From contig NMRA01000406.1 of assembly GCA_002633005.1 (NCBI GenBank), positions 128,862 to 192,861 on the forward strand: a stretch of DNA of 64,000 bases, written 5' to 3'. Positions within the stretch are counted from its first letter, which is position 1. Every line of letters starts with the position of its first letter. Made by a program: the position numbers and the translations under genes. The notes beneath the pieces are model-generated. The model was not told the origin of the DNA. It searched no databases and saw nothing but the letters and a program-made list of their open reading frames with translations. The DNA comes from Phoronis australis. Taxonomy: Eukaryota; Animalia; Phoronida. This document shows, one piece after another, positions 12,387 through 24,300 of the stretch.

Positions 12387-15300
12387 CTGTAACACATGGT
12401 TGCATGAATCTGGCACAGTAGTACAGATTAGAGCAATTTAGTAACACCTAAGTATATAAGGAAATTCATGCTCCCAACACGAACTTGTGCTGGATCAAAT
12501 AACGATCATCATTTCTTATTGTGTACCTGTGGAGGATCAGTCAACCACCATCATTTGCAATCATCAGTGACCTAGTGTCCTGATACTATTATATTTAGAC
12601 TGATGATTAGAGGACACAGACAATGTAACTTTTTTAAAGTTTCTACTTCTTCACTCACTATGATCAAAATACCAGTTTCTTATGGGCTCCAACATTCAGT
12701 GTTGACAATTACTGTATATATCAAATTCCTCCTAGACTCACCTCTCCATGATAAAATCCGTCTGCCCTCATTGGTCCAGATGTTTTGATGAGGTCACCGG
12801 CGTGGAAGGGAAGCTCAAAGGCAGGGTAAGCATTAGGCGAGTGCTCCATAGGGTTATAGTCATAGAGAGCTATAAACTGTGGGAAAGGAAGTAAGATAGA
12901 TCATTAACCAGCCACTGATACTTCAGGTGGGCAGTTGGAAGAGAATGAACCAATTTAAAATTGTAACATCTCTGCAACCATGAGCCAGGCGGCGTAGAGT
13001 AGAACTACGAAGACTGCTTCTGAATCATAACTCATTACATTCTGGAATTAGTTCCATACATTGTGTAAGAACAAGTCATTCTTTACATGAGGTATGTGTG
13101 AACCAGTGTGTGAGCCATTGCACATCAAATATTTTTAGTTTGGGATAGAATCTGTGCTGCTGTGCACGACTTGCAGCGTACAATGCTTTTTGTCTTTGTA
13201 AAACCACTGACAGTAGATGAAACAAATACTTGCATTGGCAGTAATACTACTAAAAAGGTATGACAGAACGAGTCACATTAATTTCATCGATAAAAACACA
13301 AATAGTTGTGAAAATAATATAAAACATACTTTTCAGTATTAAGTACTGACTTAAATCGTTGTTTTTAATTATATGGCTATTTAGTTTGAAAAACATCATT
13401 TGAAGTACTAATTGATTCTTTCTCCAAATAAACAAATTCTGATTGCCTCTGGGCTTACACAACTGGTTGACCTATTTTGTCAATTTCTGGTAAACTGCTA
13501 ATGGTGTAGAATTAATGACACATACCAGTTTCTTTTCACCTCGAGCATATACTCCATTGGAGGTCACTGATGAGGCCTCATGTTCAACGTCAGACGATTC
13601 AGTTACAGTACCACTGTCTCCAGATGGCTCTGCTATCATTTCATCAAACAGGAAGTCAACCATGCTGGACACGTGTCCATTTTGAGCCACTGTCTGTATA
13701 CTGAAATGCTGAGGTCGGTGGAGGTCCAGTTTCTCTAGAAGTACTTTTCTTAGATAAGCACTCTTCACTTCATGCTTTTCCCTGCCGTTCACAAAGATCT
13801 GCAAAAACAACAAGGTCATAACGCCTGGTAAGCTTACAAAATATACTGAGATTTCATTGTGTTATTTCGACTACAAACACAACAAACATCACAGAGGTGG
13901 TCAAATTATTGTTTATCACCTCATATTCAAGAAGGAGTTTACACGAATGATCAACTTGGTGTATTATTACCTTGGCCGTAAAGCACAACACTTCATAGCC
14001 TGACATTACCAAGCCAGTACTTCTTCACCACGACCTCTTTCATAAAAAGTGACGTAAGATATACGAAAGAAATTGGTCTAATGCTCCCACTTTGTAATTG
14101 CTAAATAAAGGTTTAGACAAGTAATTATGAGCGCATCACAGTCTAGAAATAATTTATAGTAACTAGCAGTTATGTGAATATTCTCAGAGACTGTCCTCAA
14201 GTGAGAATAAATGAAGTTTCAGAGCTTAAGAATAAATTTCTGTCTAAGTAGTTTTAAGTAACTTTTATGAAACGGACCACAGATCAACTATCTCAACTTA
14301 TAGCCCAATACTAAAGGCAAGTTACTTTTTCTCAGATCGACTATCTCACCTTATAGCCCGATACAACAGACATATTACTTCGTCCCAGGTCATCCATCTC
14401 GGGAAGTTCCCAGCTCAGCAGTACACTGCGATCAGCCAGCACTTTTTCTAATCGAAAATTACGAGGCACATCAGGCAAGCCTGTTGAGCAAATGAACCAA
14501 TTAAAGACCTGGTGAAACATGTGCACAATGGGAGTCAGGTTCAATAAATTACATACACCTTTAAGTTAGTTATTATATTTACCTTACATGTCCAGGTTTA
14601 AGTCAGGGTTTTTAAGCTTGTGAGTGTTTAAGCATGAGTGTTAAAAGTGAAACATTTGGTATTAAAATACCGAATTTTTCACTTTTATTAAACACTCATG
14701 CTCAGCATACACCCCACCCCACTTTGTACATGGAGACTTCCTTGAAATGCCAGAATGTCATTGTGAAGGCCTATCTAACATGAATTATCGGGTGAACGTC
14801 CACCTTCCAGACTTCTAACTTACATCACCAACATCATCCTACCTTGTTGTTGCCGTGGCACTTGAGATGTTGGCGTGCTATCAGTCACCAAGGGTCCACT
14901 GGACCCTTCGTTTCCCCTAGGGTCACTTGGTTGGTGACTGCTGGTATAAGCTGTTGAATGGTGAGGAACTCGAGATGGAGTATGGCCATACAGTGCTTGA
15001 TGACCACTGAGGTGAGGAAATGAGCGCACATGTCCAGGTACAGCAGGCAGTACGACTGGACGCGGCATACTGACCACTGCTGAAAGTGGAGAGCACAAAA
15101 TGTAGGCAAGGAAAAGATGTCATTGTTGTTAGCTATAATGGCAACAAACAAAAGGCAATTTAATTAAAAGTACAAAGTACCCATTACACTGTTGCTTCAT
15201 AGCAACAATCACATAAAACATATATTGGACTGTTTGCCAACCAAGAGAATGAGATCACTGCATTTAATTTTACAACTAAATAAAATCTTAATACTACTAG

Positions 15301-18300
15301 CTACACACAGCACCAAATGAATGTAGACTTGTTAAAGAGTCCGTGATATACACAATGCTGCAACTGTTACCAGAAAAGCACACTCTAGACATACCTGGGT
15401 CAATTCCCCCACCATACACCTGGTTACTATGTTGACCCAAGGCCAGAGACTGCACCATCTGGCCCAGGTTCTCGCCCACACGATCGTGTTCGCCTGGGCG
15501 GTACGGCATCGTCGGTCTGGCAGGAGAGTGTAGTAAGCTCTCGGTATGCAAGATCTGCTCAGGCATGCCATCGACATGTTCAAGGGACTACAACATACAA
15601 TGATAGAGAATGTGTTCATGTGGAATGGCAAGTCACGGTTTGTCACATATTAAAATTTTCAAAAATGTCACAAGGAAGTCTCAATTGTCACAGCTTCTTG
15701 GTGCTTTTTGGAGGTACAAGTTAATAGAACAAGTCACATCAACTTTGCTTTTGCAACATATGAGGCACAATATTGATCAGGGATGATGATGAATTCAATA
15801 ACTTTAATATTTGTGAAAAAAGGAACTACCGCTTGATGCAGCATAAAATGATTGTAAACCCAACAAAACATTAATGCTAATTACTTGACTCAAATTTTGT
15901 CACACAATTCTCAAAATGTCACAAAATTTCAGGCAAGCAAGTTTTGTCAAAGAAGGTCAGTAAGCCACAGATAACACGTTCTCTGCAATCAATAGAGAAA
16001 CCGCTGGAGTTTTTTAACCTAGATGTTCCCACTCAAAATCCCCATAGTTTTTAGTTAAAAGAGCAGTGAGGAACACCAGATGATATGCGAACTGCATCAA
16101 GGGCCAAGAACTGCAGCATCTACAAAGATGGCCAATTGCCATTTTTCTAGCTAAGTATAGAGCGTGTTATTTCAGCAAACTGGGTATCTATATGAAGGCC
16201 TCTTTTTAAAGACCTGGATGTTAGTTGCCTTTTTGGCCCTGTGCAGGCAAACCGCTACCCATAATGTCCACCAGAACCTGTGACTGAAACAACTGCAAGC
16301 ACAGACCAGCATGCACTACGTACCTGTAGATGTCTCAGCCTTCTAGCTGCCACAGATTCCACAGTGAGGCTCGTGTGAACAGGTTGTAGGTAGTTAGCAG
16401 GCACCAGTCCAATCCGGCCATTTGCCTCTCCTTCGTAGTAACCTTGAGCATCCACGGCACCGAGCACAGTGACGATCTCTCCCTCTTTTAAGGAGAGTTC
16501 CAGATGACGATGTCCACTCCGTGAGAAATGCTCTGGGTTGTAATCAGCAATCACTCTATATGTGTTTGTCTCTCGCCCGTTTAGTATTCTCGGCACAAGA
16601 GGGGTTATATGTTGTTGACCAGGGTACTCGCCCGCTAATGACACATTATTCAAGTGAGCCATGGTTCGGGGATGTCTTGTAGACAATACACCATCAGACC
16701 GAACTCTGCGATGATGAAGGCCAGAATCAGAATGCGCTGACCGTAACCGTGACGACCCAGAACTGGGTCGACTATCATCTTCTTGAAAATCATCCAGGTC
16801 ATCCAAAGACCTGTAACTTGTGGTCGAAACATCAGACATTTCGTCTGACTTTTTGCTGCGACGGAATCGTGATTTCAGTCTCTTCAACCACGACCGTGAC
16901 AGTGAGGTTGCAGCTCCCTTGAAACAATAACAATTTGACTTTTTGATAGATTTCACAGAATGTAGAATAACAAACACATGGTAGACAATGCAGCTGTTTT
17001 TTTTATTTGATTAGCACACAATTGTAAGAAGCTTGACACTTGGCGTACTTTGTGATTAGCTCAGAATTGTGGAAACAGTACTTTGTCATTAAATAGTTGA
17101 CTGCTGAACTTTCCCTCTTATAAAAAATACATCCTGATGGGAAAAGATAACAAAGATTTATAAGAAATAAAGCATACCTCAGGGGAAACAGGAGTAAGAG
17201 GTGATAGTGGACGATGATACTCCTCCGAGGGCATCGTTACAATCAGCCTCTGAGCTTGTTGCATGGTGTTTGATGAGGGATGATTGGCACAAGAGCTCAT
17301 CTCACTAGTGAGCAGTCTGATCAGTTCATCCTAGGAATGCACAGAAAGGAAAATGTCACCATAACAAGTTTGTACCCAGAACAATTAATCACTGAAAAAC
17401 ATGTTTCATCAGTCCACTCTTGATGCTTCAGGATATGATTGAAGGGTCAAAAAGAATGTTTTCAAAACAGCACTTTTAATGACAATAACTCCCTTTTGCA
17501 TAGCTACTACTAAGTTACTTATTACTTAGTTTTGTTTGTCGAACGACTTATGAGATGTGGTGAGCTTTAAATTAATCAGTCCAGATGTTCATTAACAACT
17601 AACACAAAATGTGGCAAAAACAAAAGTTGTCTCACCCTCTGTTTGCATTTTTGCAAGAGTGATACCACACGACTCCTGAGGGGTGAGACGGCTGTCTGTG
17701 CCTTGTGCATCACGCGTTCCATCTCATTATACTGTAAATAAAATGGAAACTGTAGTGATAAAGAGGAATGCACATGGCAACTTAATGATCACCATGTGAT
17801 TATGTGACTGGTAGGTTAGTACCTAGAAATTAGATGGCTTCAATCTATTGTCAGTGGCTCATTATTGGTCATCGAAATCAGGTTGAGTAACTTGGTGATG
17901 ACATAGATTGGTCACCTAATCCAGACAAGGACATAGATTGGTCCCTAATCCAGACAAGGACATAGATTGGTCTCTTATCCAGACAAGGACATAGATTGGT
18001 CCTTAATCCAGACAAGGACATAGATTGGTCCCTAATCCAGACAAGGACATAGATTGGTCCCCTAATCCTGACAAGGACATAGATTGGTCCATTCATCCAG
18101 ATAAGGACATAGATTGGTCCCTCATCCTGACAAGGACATAGATTGGTTCCTCATCCAGGCAAGGACATAGAATGGCCCCCTCATCCAGACAAGGACATAG
18201 ACTGGTCCATTCATCCAGACAGGAACATAGATTACTCCCTCATCCTGACAAGGACATAGATTGGTCCCTCATCCAGACAAGGACATAGATTGTTCCCCTC

Positions 18301-21300
18301 ATCCTGACAAGGACACAATCCACTCATCGAGATAAAGACACAGAATGTTCCCCTCATACCTATAGTCATTGCAACAGACGTTGTTGTCTATTCCATAAAG
18401 CCAAAACTGCTCATTCGCCGTGTATACTATGCCAGTGCTAGTTCACAGTGTTTTCTGCATTCTCTATACTCCTTTTAAACGGTTAGTCGACTCGTGTGAC
18501 TTTCCAGATACGGAAGTTAATAATCATGAATTTGTTTGTGTTTTAGGCACAAAGCTGGCAGAGTGTTGGACGCTGGAACAATGCCAGTGACTATGGAAAT
18601 GAATGTGATAGACAGCGTGCATGGCAACACAATAATGCAGATGTGATTACATGATTACCATAGTGAGCACGATGAACAGAGTGCATGGCAACACGATATC
18701 CAGGATGAGATCATGTGACTACGGTAGTGAACGTGATGGACAGAGTGCATGACAGACAACACAATGGCCAGGTTTGTGATTATATGACTACGGTAGAGAA
18801 CGTGATGGACAGAGTGCACAGCAACACAATGCCCAGGACGTGATCATGTGACTACAGCAGAGAATGTGATGTACAGAGTGCATGGCAACACAATGTCCAG
18901 GATGTGATTGCATGACTACAGTAGGGAATGCGATGTACAGTGTGCATGGCAATAGAATGTCTAAGATGTGATTACATGACTTCGGTAGACAACGTGATGT
19001 ACAGATTGCATGGCAACACATTGTCCAGGATGTGATTACATGACAACGGTAGAGAATGTGATGGACAGAGTCATGGCAACACCATGACCAGGATGTAATT
19101 ACATGACTACAGTAGTGAATGTGATGGACAGTGCATGTGAGAGTGGATTCTTGTTAGAATATATGGGATCGAGAACGTTGACTGCGCAACAAAACACTGA
19201 CAAAAGACAACAAGTGAGACACGTTATATGTACATTTGCGCAACAATTTGTCTAAACTTATTACTGACAGTATTATATAGAGTGAAACAAAACCATATGC
19301 AGAATTTCTCCATCATCCACCGCGCTCTCACTACTATGTTGCATAACATCCTAGATATCCAGTGTGGCTTTGCCAAGTTAAACAACCGCCTCAGCAGAAA
19401 ACAGCAGTGAGCAGAATAGGATATTAGATTAAACAGCAGAATCAAAACACCTGATCATTTATTTAAGGATAAGAAATGAATAAAAGCTCTGCCGGTGCCA
19501 TCTGGTGCCTGATATGAATATTTTATGGTTAGGTTACCGAAAACTGGAAAACTAAAAAATCATTGTGAAAAGCAAATAAAATAAAACTCAGACTAAAGAA
19601 TTTAAACAACAGTTTTGTTGATTGTTTCAGCACAATTGCAGTCAACAAAAGCACAAAGACTATGGGTACAGTGAAAATAAGTTTAGTATCAAAGTGCAAG
19701 TTAAATACACACAAACAAATAAGCCAGAGAGTGCATTGGGTCACTTAGTTTAAACCAATACATTCACTACAAACTGTCACTGTCAGCTAAAACTATGATG
19801 TATTAGTAATAAGAGGCTGAAAGTTAGTGTTTTAAAATGCTCATGAACACCATTTTTATTCCAAAAACAATCCCGCCAAATGTCTTTCACTTTATAGTAA
19901 TAATTGGAGCTACTTCTTACGAATATGCTAATAAGCCACTGCCAACTTATTTCCGTCATTGGATATTTTTGTGACACCCTAAGAAGAGTAACCAGTCATG
20001 ACAAAGCCCATTGTGAAAAGCTCAAGGTGTGCTGCTTCATTTCCCATAATTTCAGTCTTATTACCGTAAACATTTGAGTTAATGCCTGTGATAACGCAAA
20101 TGCCTACCCCCTACTTCTTGAACTAATCGTCCACTGCTTGCCTATTAATGCCCACTAGTTATTTACTTCACCAAATTGATTTTCAGAACAATATGATGCG
20201 CTTCCAAATGCAGAAACAGGATAACTTTCAAGTGGCAGTGTAGTAGTAACAGTCATAGCAAAGGACATCATATTCTGTTAGTATGTTTTGCAGTCTTAAA
20301 GAGTCTCATTGTTAAAACTGACACCGAGACTGGTATATAATAAAACAAACTCACTTATCACAAAGTTTTTTTGACAGGATGTTTTTCAATTGTTATGCAA
20401 GCAAAATTTGAAGTGCAAACAATAGGAGGATGTTTGCGCTTAGATTTATTTAACTTAAGTTTGCATCTTCAATGACTTCAAAAACATCCATAAGGTAGGT
20501 ATTTTTCAAAGTATATTTTACGAATCAAAAACATGTTTTGGTTGGAGATTATAAGAAGTGTCCATGTTTAGGTGAGCACCCATGTCAATTTCTTGAAATT
20601 TCCGATTTAAGCGCCCATCTTGGGTTTTAAAGAGACACACTTAGTTTTAGGGCCAAGAAATGCATTTTTGTGACAATTGTTGAATGGGATTGACTTCTTT
20701 AAATTGTTAGCTTTGAGTAGTTATGAAACAGCAAAATTGCTTGTTTTGTGATATCTGGCCACCCATCATTTGGTGAAATCAAAGCAACTAATGTTTTTAT
20801 AATCTGCCATTGATGAGTGGAGTTAAACTCCATTGTTTATTGCGACCAAGGCGGTTACGAGTTCAATTTTGCCTTTGGTGCTTCCTAGTAAATCACTTTT
20901 CTCACCGATTATGTAAGTACCCACACCTCCGATTTACAGGGCCTGGGACATTAACCCAAATGTTCACATCAACCAGGAGCTGAAAAAACCTATAGTGTAT
21001 TCATATGACAGTCATGCATGTATCCAATTTAGGTCCTCAGCACACATGAAGTTCAACTGAAACTGGAAATTTGTTTTCTTGTTTATGAGAACGTGAATAA
21101 TGTGCAGTTGAGATATGCAGTGCCATAAAGAAAGATTAAAGATGCTGATATAGTTCATGTCAAAACAATGCAAATGGTAGTTTTGAGCACTTCAAGAGAA
21201 ATGTGCATCAGTGTGAAAAGTACAGAGTGGCTATCTGAAAATGAAATAGCAATCATACATGAAATATCAAGCAATCATGCAGTCAATGTGATGTGTAGTT

Positions 21301-24300
21301 TCACTAAAATCGAGAACAAGGAGCTCCATGCAAAAGCAAAATCAAGAGGGATCTACAGTGAGGGTTGAGCCAGCAACTTGCCCGCGATTTGACCAGCTTG
21401 CAGTCTTTTTCTACTTTCTCAAGTCTGGAGAGTTCCTTAGTGAACTTATCCACGTCTCGCTTCAGATGAATATTGTCTCTGAACAGAGCCTCCTCAGACT
21501 TCGTCTTTGTGAAAATACACAGTTGAAACATCAAAACTGGACAAACATGGAAGTCATTTGCCGAGTTCTACAACTGTATACTTAGTCTTTTCAACTATAG
21601 AATACAAACCCTAATTAACTAATCCACAGATTACAAAAAAGGGGATAAATACTTATAATATAATAACTACTTGTTAACCTTGTGTCCTGGTACCAGTAGA
21701 AAGTTATCTATTTATGATTCACAAGAAAGAGATTCTTTAAAGGTAAAGAAACTGAAGTTTGGTGACTCAGTTTGTTGGTAACAATACCCTCAAACACAAA
21801 AGAAGCTGAAGGGTCCTCACTTACTAGAGGGAAAAGGTACCTATGCTTCTTGACCTTATGAGAGAATAAGCCCCAAGCTGGTTGCCAGCCCTCAACGGCA
21901 ATACCTCAAGTAGCCAAAAGCAGATGTGATTCTAACCTCGAGGGTTATTTTATTATTACCATTTGGGCCTGATGACCGGAATTTTGTGTGATTTTAAAAG
22001 ATTTTTCAAAGGAGAATGGGGCTAATATCCGGCCCCAAGATTGAGGAATCGAGGACAATGAGCTAATAACCTCAGACATAAGAAGCTCATTTTAACTAAT
22101 CAAAACAAAAACACCTGATGTCTAAAAATAACATTTAATGGATATTGAACCAGTCTACTTCCAGAAACAAAATTTCAGGCATATCAACAGCTGGCGCACA
22201 TCTGTAACCCAGAAAACATAAACTGGCCATTGCGTTTTCTTACTCCAAGAGGAACAATACGACAGACAAGAACATGGCTGGTGACAAGTAAACTAACAGG
22301 AGCCTACACACACTTACCTTCTTTTCAACATCCTTCAATAGGTGGCGCACTTCCTTCTCCAACAGTGTCTTGTCGTTCTCAAGCTTTTCATATCCTTCTA
22401 CTTGACTCTTCATGGAATCAATTGTCTGTTCCAGTTGGTGCTTGTCTTCTTCCAAGCTCTCACACAACTTGTGGGTCTCGACAAGGGATGCATGCTGCAG
22501 AAAAAATCACAGTTAATAAAAACTCCATTTCAAAGCCTTCTCTTCTGATGTTGCCTATTCGGCTTCATATACATAAAGAGCCAAAGTAACTAATACACAG
22601 GGGTGTGTTCTGCAGCGCAAGTTTCTCGTGGGTTTTGTAAATTCACATGAGTGAAATGCAAGTGCTTCCCAAGTTAGCTTACTTGTGTACACTAGAAAAA
22701 TAGTTGCCATTGAAATGATGGCTTGGTAAAGCTGCCATGTGGCAGAAACCTGCAAGTAAACACATTCTCTGATTTCCCGACGCAAGTATCTCGTGAGTGT
22801 TTTGCACAATGGAACGTGTTCTAGGTTATCTGTGGTAGCTTAATAACTACATTACCTCATCCTTTAACTGTTCGTGTTGCCTGCACAGCTTCACGTACAA
22901 ATTGTCTATGTCCTTTAGTCGTCTGTTCTCCATCTCCATGTCACCTGTACTAGTTACATTCTCTGCCCGCCGAGACTCAGCATCACGAGCCTCGTCCTGC
23001 CACCGTCTCAGTTCTTGTTGCATACGCTCCAATTCGTTGTTCTAAAACACACATCAAATCTGGATTGATCAAGCAACAGCGGTAGACCTAACTCAGAGCT
23101 AACGAAACTTTAAAGTTTAAAAGTTTCAGACCCTTAGTACAGGACAAGGTCCCCAGTACAAGAGGGCCCCCAGTACAGGAGGGGACCTCAGTGCAAAAAT
23201 GGCCCCAGCACAGGAGGGCCCTCAGTACATTACGCGTCCCCAGAACAGGAAGGGTCCTCCAGTACAGGAGGGGGCCCCCAGCACAGATGGGGTCCCCTAG
23301 CACAGGACGGGACCCCAGTACAGGATGGGCCCCCAGTGCCAGATTATCCCATTATTTAACATCTGAAGAATTATAATTTGAGACATTGCAAACCAGAAAG
23401 ATGAAATACTTCATGTCAAGACAACAGCTGACCAACAATGGATTCCATACATAGATGTTCTAAACTCGTCACTCCATGCAGCTAACTCAAGCTAGCACAG
23501 AGAGGTAAAGTGAGAGTAATACAACTGAGACAATGGAGAGCCCAAGAGCAAGTGTGGTCATCTAGTGTATTTTTTTGTCTAGCAACTTTTGGCATGGTGG
23601 TAATCCTTAGACTGGGAATGATGTCAGCAGGAAGTGCTGCATTTGCATACGGAGGTCACGGTATTATGATGAGGAAGGTAGAATACACCTGTTTCAAGTT
23701 ATGTGAACGTGAACACTGTTAACCGAGAGTTTCAGGAACATAATGCCATTGCAAGTTGTGGTCAGTTTAAAATAACACAACAATAAACCTTGAGTAGATC
23801 TGCTCTTACGGAAGTGTTCAATAAATGCAACTTAACCTTTTTCAGCAACAGATATAAATGACTTAGAATTGAAAGGCTTTCCAACTACTGTTTCAATTGA
23901 TTGTGAGTCACTAATAGACCTTCTGTGAATAACATCAATCTGGTAAAACAAACCTTTGCAACAAGTTCTTTTTCTCTCTTTTCACAGGTGGACTTCCAGT
24001 GGTCAACGCCCATATCACCAGACGACACGTTTTCTTTCCACGGAGATATCACTCGGTTAAACACAATAGGTGCCACCAGCGACTGCAAGAGGAAGTATGA
24101 GGAAATCATCAGGCGTACGTTCAGTAATGAAGTCCTTGTGTTACTGACTTACTTCTCACCACTACAGTTAAAACACAACAGTGACTTAATGCTGTCAGTG
24201 CTGGAACCTAACTGAACTGATGCTCTACAATAATTGTACCTTAGAAATCTGGCTTCAACTTCTGTATGGCTGACCAGACAGCAGCACGAAGCATTGATTC

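Noticed and set aside
12156-16917. Assigning the symbol RIMBP2 or TSPOAP1
   Set aside because: Only two SH3 and one FN3 found, and the sequence is divergent; orthology cannot be established without phylogeny
17899-19137. Regular repeats that might suggest a CRISPR array (also 46304-46828, 59178-59575, 62388-62910)
   Set aside because: Units are head-to-tail with no unique spacers, there are no cas genes, and the context is eukaryotic intron; these are minisatellites
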